Shown piece after piece: positions 16,286-23,099 of a stretch of 33,830 nt of DNA. How positions within the stretch are numbered: the stretch's first letter is position 1; each line of letters opens with the position of its first letter. The position numbers and the translations under genes are program-made. The notes below the pieces were generated by a model. That model was not told the DNA's origin, made no database searches, and saw only the letters and a program-made list of their open reading frames with translations. Location of the stretch: the IMG/VR virus record IMGVR_UViG_3300010966_000050. One strand, given 5' to 3'. Source of the DNA: a virus.

Positions 16286-17290
16286 ATGAGAGAAGAAACG
16301 GAAGAAAAATTTGAAGCAATACGCAATCATTATTATTCGTCACAGCTACCGTTAAAAGCATTTTACAAGGAATTTCATACAACTTACGGTTACAATTTGC
16401 CCAAAGGTCTTAAAGACGCAATGATTCGTAATGGCATCACAATGAAAGCTAGGACGCAGTTTTTAATTGAAAATGACGTACCTAAAAAACCTGTTTTAAA
16501 AGAATTTGATATTTCAGAGTTGACTGATTTTGGAATTAAGCCATCAATCGGTCAGGAATATCTTTCAGACAAGTTGCCGGACGGATTTAAAAAGATTGGC
16601 ATTATGTCTGATATACATTTTCCATTTCACTCAATGGATGCCTTGCTTTGTGCTATTAAATACTTGCGAGAAGAACATATTGATTGCCTTTACCTGAACG
16701 GAGACATTTTTGACTTTTATAGCATTAGCCGTCACGAAAAGGACAAGGATTTAAGGGACTTTCCAAGGGAAGTTGAATTGTGCCGTGATTTCGTTCATAA
16801 ATTGCGTGAAATATTTCCAAACATACCTATTTACTACAAAATGGGTAACCACGAAGACAGATATGCTCGTAGCTTACAAATACAGGCCGAAGAATTTAGC
16901 CAATTACACGACTTACAATTCGACGTTTTCTTTCACCTTGACCGACTCAAATTTAAAATGGTTGAATCTTGGCGTGGATTTGAAATGGGTGACTTACTGG
17001 TATTACACGGACACGAACTATATGGAGGTGGTGGTGTAAACCCAAGTCAGAACTTATTTCAGAAAGTTTTATGCAATACCTTAATTGGACACGTTCATAG
17101 AACGTCAAGCACGACAAGAAAAACAGGTTTTAAAGAATTTATCAGTACATATTCAACGGGTTGCTTAACGGCACTGTCACCTAAATATATGCCATTTAGT
17201 CAACATAATCACGGATTTGCTGTTGTAGAAATAGAAAACGGAAAAAGTAAAGTTCGTAATATTGTTATCAAAGACGGAAAAATAGTGTAA
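16286..17290 (+). CDS. Calcineurin-like metallophosphoesterase with an N-terminal extension of about 100 aa
   Basis: All five motifs occur in order: SDIHFPFH (DxH), LNGDIFDF (GDxxD), MGNHEDR (GNHE), LHGHE and GHVHR. Confidence 0.85.
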   Translation: MREETEEKFEAIRNHYYSSQLPLKAFYKEFHTTYGYNLPKGLKDAMIRNGITMKARTQFLIENDVPKKPVLKEFDISELTDFGIKPSIGQEYLSDKLPDGFKKIGIMSDIHFPFHSMDALLCAIKYLREEHIDCLYLNGDIFDFYSISRHEKDKDLRDFPREVELCRDFVHKLREIFPNIPIYYKMGNHEDRYARSLQIQAEEFSQLHDLQFDVFFHLDRLKFKMVESWRGFEMGDLLVLHGHELYGGGGVNPSQNLFQKVLCNTLIGHVHRTSSTTRKTGFKEFISTYSTGCLTALSPKYMPFSQHNHGFAVVEIENGKSKVRNIVIKDGKIV

Positions 17291-17335
17291 TTTCGTCCTG
17301 AAAAATTGAGAGTAGAAAGTTTTGTTGTTGTGCAC

Positions 17336-17375
17336 AATAGACCGGTGATGATTGTTGCCGGTTTATTTTTTTTGG
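17336..17375 (+). terminator. Intrinsic terminator after the phosphoesterase gene
   Basis: ACCGG (17341-17345) pairs with CCGGT (17358-17362), extended by flanking A-T pairs, followed by TTATTTTTTTT. Confidence 0.65.
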
Positions 17376-17382
17376 ATTATTT

Positions 17383-17435
17383 TTAAAAATAAATTAAAAT
17401 ATATTTTTTTATTCCAAATAAAAGGTAGATATTTG
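17383..17435 (+). promoter_or_regulatory. Early promoter copy 1: 30-bp AT-rich element (17383-17412) plus near-consensus -7 box GATATTTG (17428-17435)
   Basis: The 30-bp element TTAAAAATAAATTAAAATATATTTTTTTAT is identical to 22391-22420. In both copies the G of the TTTG lies 23 nt after the element. Confidence 0.55.
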
Positions 17436-17444
17436 CAATACAAT

Positions 17445-17456
17445 AACAACAAAACA
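17445..17456 (+). promoter_or_regulatory. Leader motif AACAACAAAACA (copy 1 of 6), 8 nt before the ATG at 17465
   Basis: Exact 12-mer shared by six early-gene leaders. Confidence 0.5.
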
Positions 17457-17464
17457 ATATCAAA

Positions 17465-17713
17465 ATGAAAACTTTACAAAACACAAAAACTCACAAAATG
17501 AAAACAACTGAAATTGTTTTCTCAAATATGACTTTTATAGTTGAATTATCATGTCATTATATGGCTGCTTTAAATAATCCCGGATGGTCAACAATAAAAT
17601 ACAGAGCAAGTATAAAAGAAACAGGTAAAGGTATTGGTGGATTTGGAGGAAAAAATCTTATAACAAGACAAATGGAATTAATTAATTCAAGACCTGATTT
17701 ATTTTTAAGCTAA
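17465..17713 (+). CDS. Hypothetical early protein (82 aa)
   Basis: ATG preceded by the leader motif. First gene after early promoter copy 1. Confidence 0.65.
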   Translation: MKTLQNTKTHKMKTTEIVFSNMTFIVELSCHYMAALNNPGWSTIKYRASIKETGKGIGGFGGKNLITRQMELINSRPDLFLS

Positions 17714-17754
17714 ATATAACACCGAGCCAAGGCGGATTCCTTGGCAAATTTTAC

Positions 17755-17766
17755 AACAACAAAACA
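17755..17766 (+). promoter_or_regulatory. Leader motif AACAACAAAACA (copy 2), 8 nt before the ATG at 17775
   Basis: Exact 12-mer. Confidence 0.5.
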
Positions 17767-17774
17767 ATACTATT

Positions 17775-17900
17775 ATGAAAAATTTCCTAAAAGAATTAAA
17801 AGAAGGACATCAGGCAGACCCTACGTTTATTTGGCTTGCAGTACCTACATTCATCTTGTTGGTAGCTATTTATGTAATTTCAATCAACTTAACTGCATAG
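17775..17900 (+). CDS. Small membrane protein (41 aa), absent from the ORF track
   Basis: The sequence is MKNFLKELKEGHQADPTFIWLAVPTFILLVAIYVISINLTA. It has one TMD and an ATG placed 8 nt after the leader motif, exactly as at 17465 and 22472. Confidence 0.5.
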   Translation: MKNFLKELKEGHQADPTFIWLAVPTFILLVAIYVISINLTA

Positions 17901-17902
17901 CC

Positions 17903-18166
17903 ATGAGAATCAACAGAAAAGGAAGCACAACAATTGAGTTGCATAACGAAAAAAATGAAGAAATCGAATACATTGAATTATCAGTTGACTGGGCTTATTA
18001 CTATGATTCAGGAAACTATGATGAGCCGGAAGAATTCGAATTGGATATTACAAATTCAGAAGTTATTTCAAAAAACAGCCATCCGTTAAGAGTTTACGAA
18101 GAAGCACCGGAGTGGGTAGATTGGGATGAAATAACACAGAGAATCATAGAAACAGAAGGATTATGA
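17903..18166 (+). CDS. Hypothetical acidic protein (87 aa): trimmed version of track ORF 17741-18166
   Basis: The ATG at 17903 lies 2 nt after the stop of the 41-aa ORF. The track start at 17741 is a TTG whose extension overlaps that ORF. Confidence 0.55.
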   Translation: MRINRKGSTTIELHNEKNEEIEYIELSVDWAYYYDSGNYDEPEEFELDITNSEVISKNSHPLRVYEEAPEWVDWDEITQRIIETEGL

Positions 18167-18357
18167 AAATAAAAATGGAAAAAGTATATGCCGAAGTGGC
18201 AAAGAATCTAAACGATAGAGGTGTATTGCCTTTCTCGGCTCGGGAGTGGACCGTAGGCAATATTAAAAGAATTCAGTACAATCCAAACCTAAACGAGCCA
18301 ATCGTTAGGGCAGAAATTATTGAAGTAATGAAAAAGCAAAAACAATCAAACCAATAA
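18163..18357 (+). CDS. Hypothetical protein (64 aa), possibly a small DNA-binding protein
   Basis: ATGA overlap with the upstream gene. The stretch LNDRGVLPFSAREWTVGNIKRIQYNP resembles the helix motif seen in the recombinase domain of serine recombinases. This is a weak resemblance. Confidence 0.55.
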   Translation: MKIKMEKVYAEVAKNLNDRGVLPFSAREWTVGNIKRIQYNPNLNEPIVRAEIIEVMKKQKQSNQ

Positions 18358-18361
18358 AATA

Positions 18362-18937
18362 ATGGCACAACAAAACACATTAGCATCTATTCAGGCCAAG
18401 GTCAAAGCACCCAAAGGTCAATTCAATTCTTTCGGCAAGTACAAGTACCGTTCGGCAGAAGACATTCTTGAATCAGTTAAATTAGTCATCAATCCGCTAG
18501 GCTTTTCAATTGTCCTATCAGACACGATAATTAATGTAGGTGATAGATTCTACATTAAAGCTACTGCAACGCTAACAGATGGCAAGGAAACGTACTCAGC
18601 AGATGGTTATGCTCGTGAGGACGAAAGCAAAAAAGGTATGGATGGTTCGCAGGTCACTGGGACGTCATCAAGTTATGCTCGGAAGTATGCGCTTAACGGA
18701 CTTTTTGCTTTGGATGATACAAAAGACGCAGACGCTACAAATACTTATGTTAAGGATTCTCAACCAAAACAAGAATCAGCAACAGAGCCATCGGTTTTAT
18801 CAGCTTGGCAAGTAGCAGTAAAGAAATGTAACACCGGTGCTGAATTAATGGCTTTGTATAGTTCAAACAAGGAATTAATTGATTCAGATATCAATATCAA
18901 GTCATTATTTACAACTCGTAAATTAGAAATCGACTAA
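18362..18937 (+). CDS. erf: ERF-family single-strand annealing protein
   Basis: The blocks APKGQFNSFGKYKYRSAEDILESVK, GDRFYIKATATLTDGKE and KKGMDGSQVTGTSSSYARKYALNGLFALDDTKDADA match the conserved core of the P22 Erf type. Confidence 0.85.
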   Translation: MAQQNTLASIQAKVKAPKGQFNSFGKYKYRSAEDILESVKLVINPLGFSIVLSDTIINVGDRFYIKATATLTDGKETYSADGYAREDESKKGMDGSQVTGTSSSYARKYALNGLFALDDTKDADATNTYVKDSQPKQESATEPSVLSAWQVAVKKCNTGAELMALYSSNKELIDSDINIKSLFTTRKLEID

Positions 18938-19641
18938 TGGAAAGCACTTGGATGGATTCTCGTAAAGGAAAATTTACAGCATCGGCAATGCACAAATTAT
19001 TTACTCAGCCAAAATCGGTGAAAGACCGTGAGGCTGGGTATTTATCTGAAACTGCTAAAAGTTACATTGAAGAAGTAGCAATTGAGGAGTTAACGGGCTA
19101 TCGTAAAGACTTTGGTACATCAGCAACCGAACACGGAAACAAATACGAAGAAGAAGCATTTGAGGTGTTTAAATTGGCAACCGGTTTAAACTTCGATTTT
19201 ACTTCAAAAACGTTTTATCCTTTTGGTGGCAATAGTGGAGCATCACCGGATGGTGTTCTTTATGAAGACCTAAATATTACGGCTGTGGTAGATATTAAAT
19301 GCCCGTATTCACCGTTATCATTCTACGAGCAAAAAGAAATGTTAATGAATTGTGCAGGTAATAAAACACAAGGAGTGCCACCTGCATATTTCTACCAACT
19401 GCAAACACAAATGATGGCTACCGGTGCAAAGATTTCATATTTGGCTCGTTACTTAGCAAATGAAATAGAAGACACTAAAACCGGTGTTATATTGCGTTTT
19501 GACTTACCTGTTTCAGCACGATTATATTGGGCAGAAGTTACAGCAGATGAAGACGTACAGGACGAGATTCTAATGAAGCTACGTCAGGCAGAAATTTACA
19601 AACAACAGATTATTCAAAATTTTTTAAAACAAATCAACTAA
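18937..19641 (+). CDS. YqaJ-type (lambda Exo-like, PD-(D/E)XK) recombination exonuclease
   Basis: Motifs GKFTASAMHKL, GNKYEEEAFEVF, SPDGV, VDIKCPY and YYQLQTQMMATG. The gene has a TAATG overlap with erf. Confidence 0.8.
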   Translation: MESTWMDSRKGKFTASAMHKLFTQPKSVKDREAGYLSETAKSYIEEVAIEELTGYRKDFGTSATEHGNKYEEEAFEVFKLATGLNFDFTSKTFYPFGGNSGASPDGVLYEDLNITAVVDIKCPYSPLSFYEQKEMLMNCAGNKTQGVPPAYFYQLQTQMMATGAKISYLARYLANEIEDTKTGVILRFDLPVSARLYWAEVTADEDVQDEILMKLRQAEIYKQQIIQNFLKQIN

Positions 19642-19644
19642 ATC

Positions 19645-19968
19645 ATGGCAAAATTAATCGCAATCAGAATTGACGTTACCAAACTTGATGAATCACGTTA
19701 TTACAAAGGTGCTAAGGGAACGTATTTGGACATTACAGGAATCCTTAATGAAGACCCTGATAAGAACGGAAACTACGGATTTCATACTCAGCAGGTAACA
19801 AAAGAAGAACGAGAGGCAAAGGTTCAAATGCCTATTCTTGGAAATTTCAAAGTATTAAAAGAAATTAGCAAAGGATACAACGTTGTTCCAACTACGCAAA
19901 TACAAGCACCAGCAAAACCATTCCCTAACGGAATCAACGAGCCTGACGCAGACGATTTACCATTTTAA
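19645..19968 (+). CDS. Putative ssDNA-binding protein (107 aa) with an SSB-type acidic C-terminal tip DADDLPF
   Basis: The C-terminal DDLPF mirrors the DDDIPF tip of bacterial SSB. The gene follows the Erf-exonuclease pair. The N-terminal fold was not recognised. Confidence 0.5.
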   Translation: MAKLIAIRIDVTKLDESRYYKGAKGTYLDITGILNEDPDKNGNYGFHTQQVTKEEREAKVQMPILGNFKVLKEISKGYNVVPTTQIQAPAKPFPNGINEPDADDLPF

Positions 19969-19975
19969 CTTAAAC

Positions 19976-20000
19976 GGGGGAGTAATGTCCCCCATTTTTT
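19976..20000 (+). terminator. Intrinsic terminator closing the recombination operon
   Basis: GGGGGA (19976-19981) pairs with TCCCCC (19988-19993), with a 6-nt loop, followed by ATTTTTT. Confidence 0.8.
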
Positions 20001-20270
20001 ATGAGAAAAGTTATTTCAACATACATTTCAAGACACGGTAACCCTGTCGCAATCTATTCAACATACGGTACCATATTTAGGTCAAAAGACATTGAACTTG
20101 GTGCTACCTATGAGTTGGCTTATAAACTTGGTCGTGGCGATGCATATTTAAAAGCTGAACTTATAATGGTAACTGAAAACAATCGAACCTTATTTTTTAA
20201 AAATCCGGATGACGAAGATAAACTAATCGGAATCCCAACTATGAACATAATTAAATACTACAAAAAATGA
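20001..20270 (+). CDS. Hypothetical protein (89 aa)
   Basis: The ATG directly abuts the terminator T-run. Open frame. Confidence 0.6.
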   Translation: MRKVISTYISRHGNPVAIYSTYGTIFRSKDIELGATYELAYKLGRGDAYLKAELIMVTENNRTLFFKNPDDEDKLIGIPTMNIIKYYKK

Positions 20271-20428
20271 AAACACCTACTGCACACCGTAACCAACAAA
20301 AAAATGAATTAGGCTTTACATTTAACCAAGTGTTTAGCCACATTGGAAGACAATTAATCGCTGATAAACGCAAGCTATCAGGCTCAATGCCTAAACAGCA
20401 CAAGCAATTACAGCACACCAATTCTTAA
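20267..20428 (+). CDS. Hypothetical basic micro-protein (53 aa), absent from the track
   Basis: ATGA overlap with the upstream stop. The sequence starts MKTPTAHRNQQKNELGFTFNQVFSHIGRQLIADKRKL. Confidence 0.4.
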   Translation: MKTPTAHRNQQKNELGFTFNQVFSHIGRQLIADKRKLSGSMPKQHKQLQHTNS

Positions 20429-20438
20429 ATTTCTTGCT

Positions 20439-20552
20439 ATGAGAAAACTATTAATTTCGATATGCGTTTACATTATAGTGATGTTTATTTGGGTCTTTGT
20501 TTTTCCTTTTATTTTAATTTATCGCTTATACACAAAACTTAAATCTTTATGA
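20439..20552 (+). CDS. Small membrane protein (37 aa), absent from the track
   Basis: The sequence is MRKLLISICVYIIVMFIWVFVFPFILIYRLYTKLKSL. It has an ATGA overlap with the 20549 gene. Confidence 0.45.
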   Translation: MRKLLISICVYIIVMFIWVFVFPFILIYRLYTKLKSL

Positions 20553-20827
20553 AAACTTTTCAAGAGTACGACCAAGCTAATCCACACCTGTGGGAACTTT
20601 ATCAAATGATTGCCTTGAATTTAATCAAGCAAGGTTTCCGCAAAATCGGTTCTAAAAGAATTTGCGAAGAAATTAGATGGCACCACAAGGTTTCAACTAA
20701 CGAGCCGTACAAAATCAGTAATAATTACACAGCATACTACGCAAGGAAATTTGCTGAACGATACCCACAGCACGCTGGCATTTTTAATTTTAAAAACTTG
20801 CCTAAAAACTTTTTTATTACGCAATAA
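20549..20827 (+). CDS. Conserved-looking hypothetical phage protein (92 aa)
   Basis: Open frame with an ATG start. The stretch IRWHHKVSTNEPYKISNNYTAYYARKF resembles a recurrent phage protein of unknown function. Confidence 0.65.
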   Translation: MKTFQEYDQANPHLWELYQMIALNLIKQGFRKIGSKRICEEIRWHHKVSTNEPYKISNNYTAYYARKFAERYPQHAGIFNFKNLPKNFFITQ

Positions 20828-20910
20828 AAATAGAAATTTGTTTAACAAAATGAGCGATAGGATGTAGGAGTCGTATGGTTCATTTTTTTCCTTGGTTTCC
20901 TTAAACCAAT

Positions 20911-20947
20911 CCCCGATTGTTCTCCTACGCAGTCGGGGTTTTTTTAT
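20911..20947 (+). terminator. Intrinsic terminator before the replication genes
   Basis: CCCCGA (20911-20916) pairs with TCGGGG (20933-20938), followed by a run of nine T. Confidence 0.7.
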
Positions 20948-20950
20948 TCT

Positions 20951-21691
20951 ATGGCAAAAATTACAATTAAAAATAGGTACGCAACAGTGCCTAATGATTT
21001 GCTTAATTCAGATAAAATTTCACTAAAAGCAAAAGGATTGTATGCGTTTATTCAATCAAAACCTGATACATGGGATTTTAGTGTTGACCGTATCTCAAAA
21101 CAAATCTTTGAAGGCACAACCGTAGTTGCATCAGCTTTACGAGAATTAGAATCGTTTGGATATTTGCGCAGAAAAAGGTTTCAGAATGCTTCCGGATTTT
21201 GGTTAGTTGAGTACGAACTAAACGAGTTTGGCAATCCTGACGTAGAAAATCCTAGACAGGAAAACCTAGTATCAGGAAATCCTAGTCAGGAAAATCCTGT
21301 ATCAGGAAAACCTGCTAATATTAGTAAACAAGATTATAGTAAAAAAGATATTAATAAAACAATTATAGTAAAAAGTAATAGGGATTTGCTTTTTGAAAAA
21401 TGGTTGGCTTATAAGAAAGAGAAAAAACAAACTTATACGCAAACCGGCATTAAGTCATTATATGAAAAATGGGCTAAATTCACAGACGAGGAATTAGCAC
21501 TAATAATTGAACAATCAATATCTAATAATTGGGCAGGATTATTTGAATTGAAAAATAACGTTAAAAATTCAGCACCGATGAAAGGCAAGATTCAATCGGC
21601 TTATGAAAACATTAGTATTGCAGGCAACAACATTATAAAACAAATTGAAGATGGTACCTACGTTAATCCATTCGCCACAGGCAACAAGTAA
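20951..21691 (+). CDS. Replication initiator / replisome organiser with an N-terminal winged-helix domain
   Basis: The N-terminus YATVPNDLLNSDKISLKAKGLYAFIQSK...WDFSVDRISKQI.....VASALRELESFGYLRRKR is typical of phage replication-organiser winged-helix domains. Internal iterons are present. Confidence 0.65.
   Translation: MAKITIKNRYATVPNDLLNSDKISLKAKGLYAFIQSKPDTWDFSVDRISKQIFEGTTVVASALRELESFGYLRRKRFQNASGFWLVEYELNEFGNPDVENPRQENLVSGNPSQENPVSGKPANISKQDYSKKDINKTIIVKSNRDLLFEKWLAYKKEKKQTYTQTGIKSLYEKWAKFTDEELALIIEQSISNNWAGLFELKNNVKNSAPMKGKIQSAYENISIAGNNIIKQIEDGTYVNPFATGNK
21243..21314 (+). repeat. Five iteron-like direct repeats CAGGAAA(A)(T/C)CCT(A)G inside the initiator gene: candidate origin
   Basis: AGAAAATCCTAG at 21244, CAGGAAAACCTAG at 21257, CAGGAAATCCTAG at 21273, CAGGAAAATCCTG at 21287 and CAGGAAAACCTG at 21303. 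The spacing is 13-16 nt. Confidence 0.6.
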
Positions 21692-22394
21692 TTTAAGCAC
21701 AAGTGAGTTGCAAATCTATAACGCAACTAAATCCCCAATTTTAAGGACGATTGAGCCTACTGACAAGACTAAAATAGCAATGGAGGTGTATTTGTTAGCC
21801 AAGGTGAAATTAGGTCTTAATTCGATAAGTTCAGAAGAAGAACACGCAACCGTATCAATATTGCTTGATGACCTTGAAAATTTTAACGGATTAACAAAGG
21901 ATGAAATAATCTTAGCCACTAAGAAAGGTTTGAACGGTGAATATTTAGGACCAAAGGACAATCAGGTATTTTTCAATTCATCAAACTTTGTGCAATGGGT
22001 CAGAAAGTACGATGACAATAAACGTTCTGTTTTAAGCAAGATAAGTAACGCAAAGCAAGAAGACGAGCCAAAGCCAGAACCGGACGAAGCTACAAAGAAA
22101 GCACAGGCAATACAGATAGCAAATATGTATGCTGAACAGCTACACAAATGCAAATCAGTAGGGGAAACATTTAAATGGGCAGGTGGATTAAATTTCTTAT
22201 ATGACTTTGCAAAGAAATACGGGCTACTGGTAATGACCGAGGAGCAAAGGACTAAGTTAATAGACAAATTTAAAGGTCAGCACACTAACGAAGCAGAATT
22301 TGTTGCAGCTTGCAAAACACAGGCATATAAAGATTTTATTATCAGTTTAGTTGACTTTAATGCGAGATTTGACGAAAATGGGAATTATATTTAA
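21651..22394 (+). CDS. Hypothetical replication-module protein; start uncertain (ATG 21651 or ATG 21780; the track uses TTG 21645)
   Basis: Long open frame following the initiator gene. No NTPase motif seen. Confidence 0.6.
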   Translation: MVPTLIHSPQATSNLSTSELQIYNATKSPILRTIEPTDKTKIAMEVYLLAKVKLGLNSISSEEEHATVSILLDDLENFNGLTKDEIILATKKGLNGEYLGPKDNQVFFNSSNFVQWVRKYDDNKRSVLSKISNAKQEDEPKPEPDEATKKAQAIQIANMYAEQLHKCKSVGETFKWAGGLNFLYDFAKKYGLLVMTEEQRTKLIDKFKGQHTNEAEFVAACKTQAYKDFIISLVDFNARFDENGNYI

Positions 22395-22443
22395 AAATAA
22401 ATTAAAATATATTTTTTTATATAAATCAATTTGACTTACTTTG
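22391..22443 (+). promoter_or_regulatory. Early promoter copy 2: 30-bp AT-rich element (22391-22420) plus near-consensus -7 box TTACTTTG (22436-22443)
   Basis: Identical to the 30-mer at 17383-17412, with the same 23-nt distance to the TTTG and the leader motif 8 nt further on. Confidence 0.55.
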
Positions 22444-22451
22444 GTACATCA

Positions 22452-22463
22452 AACAACAAAACA
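22452..22463 (+). promoter_or_regulatory. Leader motif AACAACAAAACA (copy 3), 8 nt before the ATG at 22472
   Basis: Exact 12-mer. Confidence 0.5.
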
Positions 22464-22471
22464 ACAAAAAA

Positions 22472-22645
22472 ATGGAAAATTTTGCAGTAGGATACGCTAA
22501 AAGTTACACAACAGAATACACTTACATTAGTTTTAATTCATTTAAAGAAGCTAAAAATTATGTAGCTACTATGTATTCTAACAAAAAAATATTTAATGTT
22601 CAAACAGACGGCAAAACAACATTTTTAATTACTCCTAATTTTTAA
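22472..22645 (+). CDS. Hypothetical protein (57 aa), absent from the track
   Basis: The sequence starts MENFAVGYAKSYTTEYTYISFNSFKEAKNYVATMYSNKK. The ATG follows the leader motif with the same spacing as at 17465. Confidence 0.5.
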   Translation: MENFAVGYAKSYTTEYTYISFNSFKEAKNYVATMYSNKKIFNVQTDGKTTFLITPNF

Positions 22646-22651
22646 CAATTA

Positions 22652-22663
22652 AACAACAAAACA
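22652..22663 (+). promoter_or_regulatory. Leader motif AACAACAAAACA (copy 4), abutting the ATG at 22664
   Basis: Exact 12-mer. Confidence 0.5.
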
Positions 22664-22879
22664 ATGGAAACTATCGGATATTTTGAGGAATACATTATTA
22701 ATGGCAAATTCATCGGTTGTAAAGTATGCCAAGAGCAAGACCGTGAAATTGGTTACTACGGCAAAAAAGTAATGGTAGCAGAAGAAACTATTATTTTAGA
22801 AGGCAACAAGAAAATCAAGAAAGGTCAAGAATACTACACTCGTTACTATCCAATGAACGGTAGAATCACAAAAAACTAA
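22664..22879 (+). CDS. Hypothetical protein (71 aa)
   Basis: ATG preceded by the leader motif. Confidence 0.65.
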   Translation: METIGYFEEYIINGKFIGCKVCQEQDREIGYYGKKVMVAEETIILEGNKKIKKGQEYYTRYYPMNGRITKN

Positions 22880-22894
22880 TTATCAATTTAACCT

Positions 22895-22906
22895 AACAAC
22901 AAAACA
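22895..22906 (+). promoter_or_regulatory. Leader motif AACAACAAAACA (copy 5), abutting the ATG at 22907
   Basis: It lies within a 28-nt exact repeat (22888-22915 = 23093-23120). Confidence 0.5.
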
Positions 22907-23089
22907 ATGGAAAATTTACAAATTGAAAATGTTCGCAAATTTGCAATAGAAGCTATCAATTCACATCCTCAACACAAGCAAGAAATTAAACAATTATGGG
23001 TATTTATGTTAGATGAAATTGAAAACGGTGAATCAATTTCTAACGAATGTAATTTATGTATTCAATCAATTAGCGATTTATTAATTTAA
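22907..23089 (+). CDS. Hypothetical acidic protein (60 aa)
   Basis: ATG preceded by the leader motif. Confidence 0.65.
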   Translation: MENLQIENVRKFAIEAINSHPQHKQEIKQLWVFMLDEIENGESISNECNLCIQSISDLLI

Positions 23090-23099
23090 TAATTAACCT

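Noticed and set aside
16124-17464. Integrase/attP, a repressor switch, tRNA genes or a CRISPR array in the larger non-coding gaps (16124-16285, 17291-17464, 20828-20950, 22395-22471).
   Set aside because: The gaps are fully accounted for by hairpin terminators, promoter-like boxes and the AT-rich repeat. I saw no cloverleaf-compatible sequence, no repeat-spacer periodicity and no recombinase ORF on either strand.
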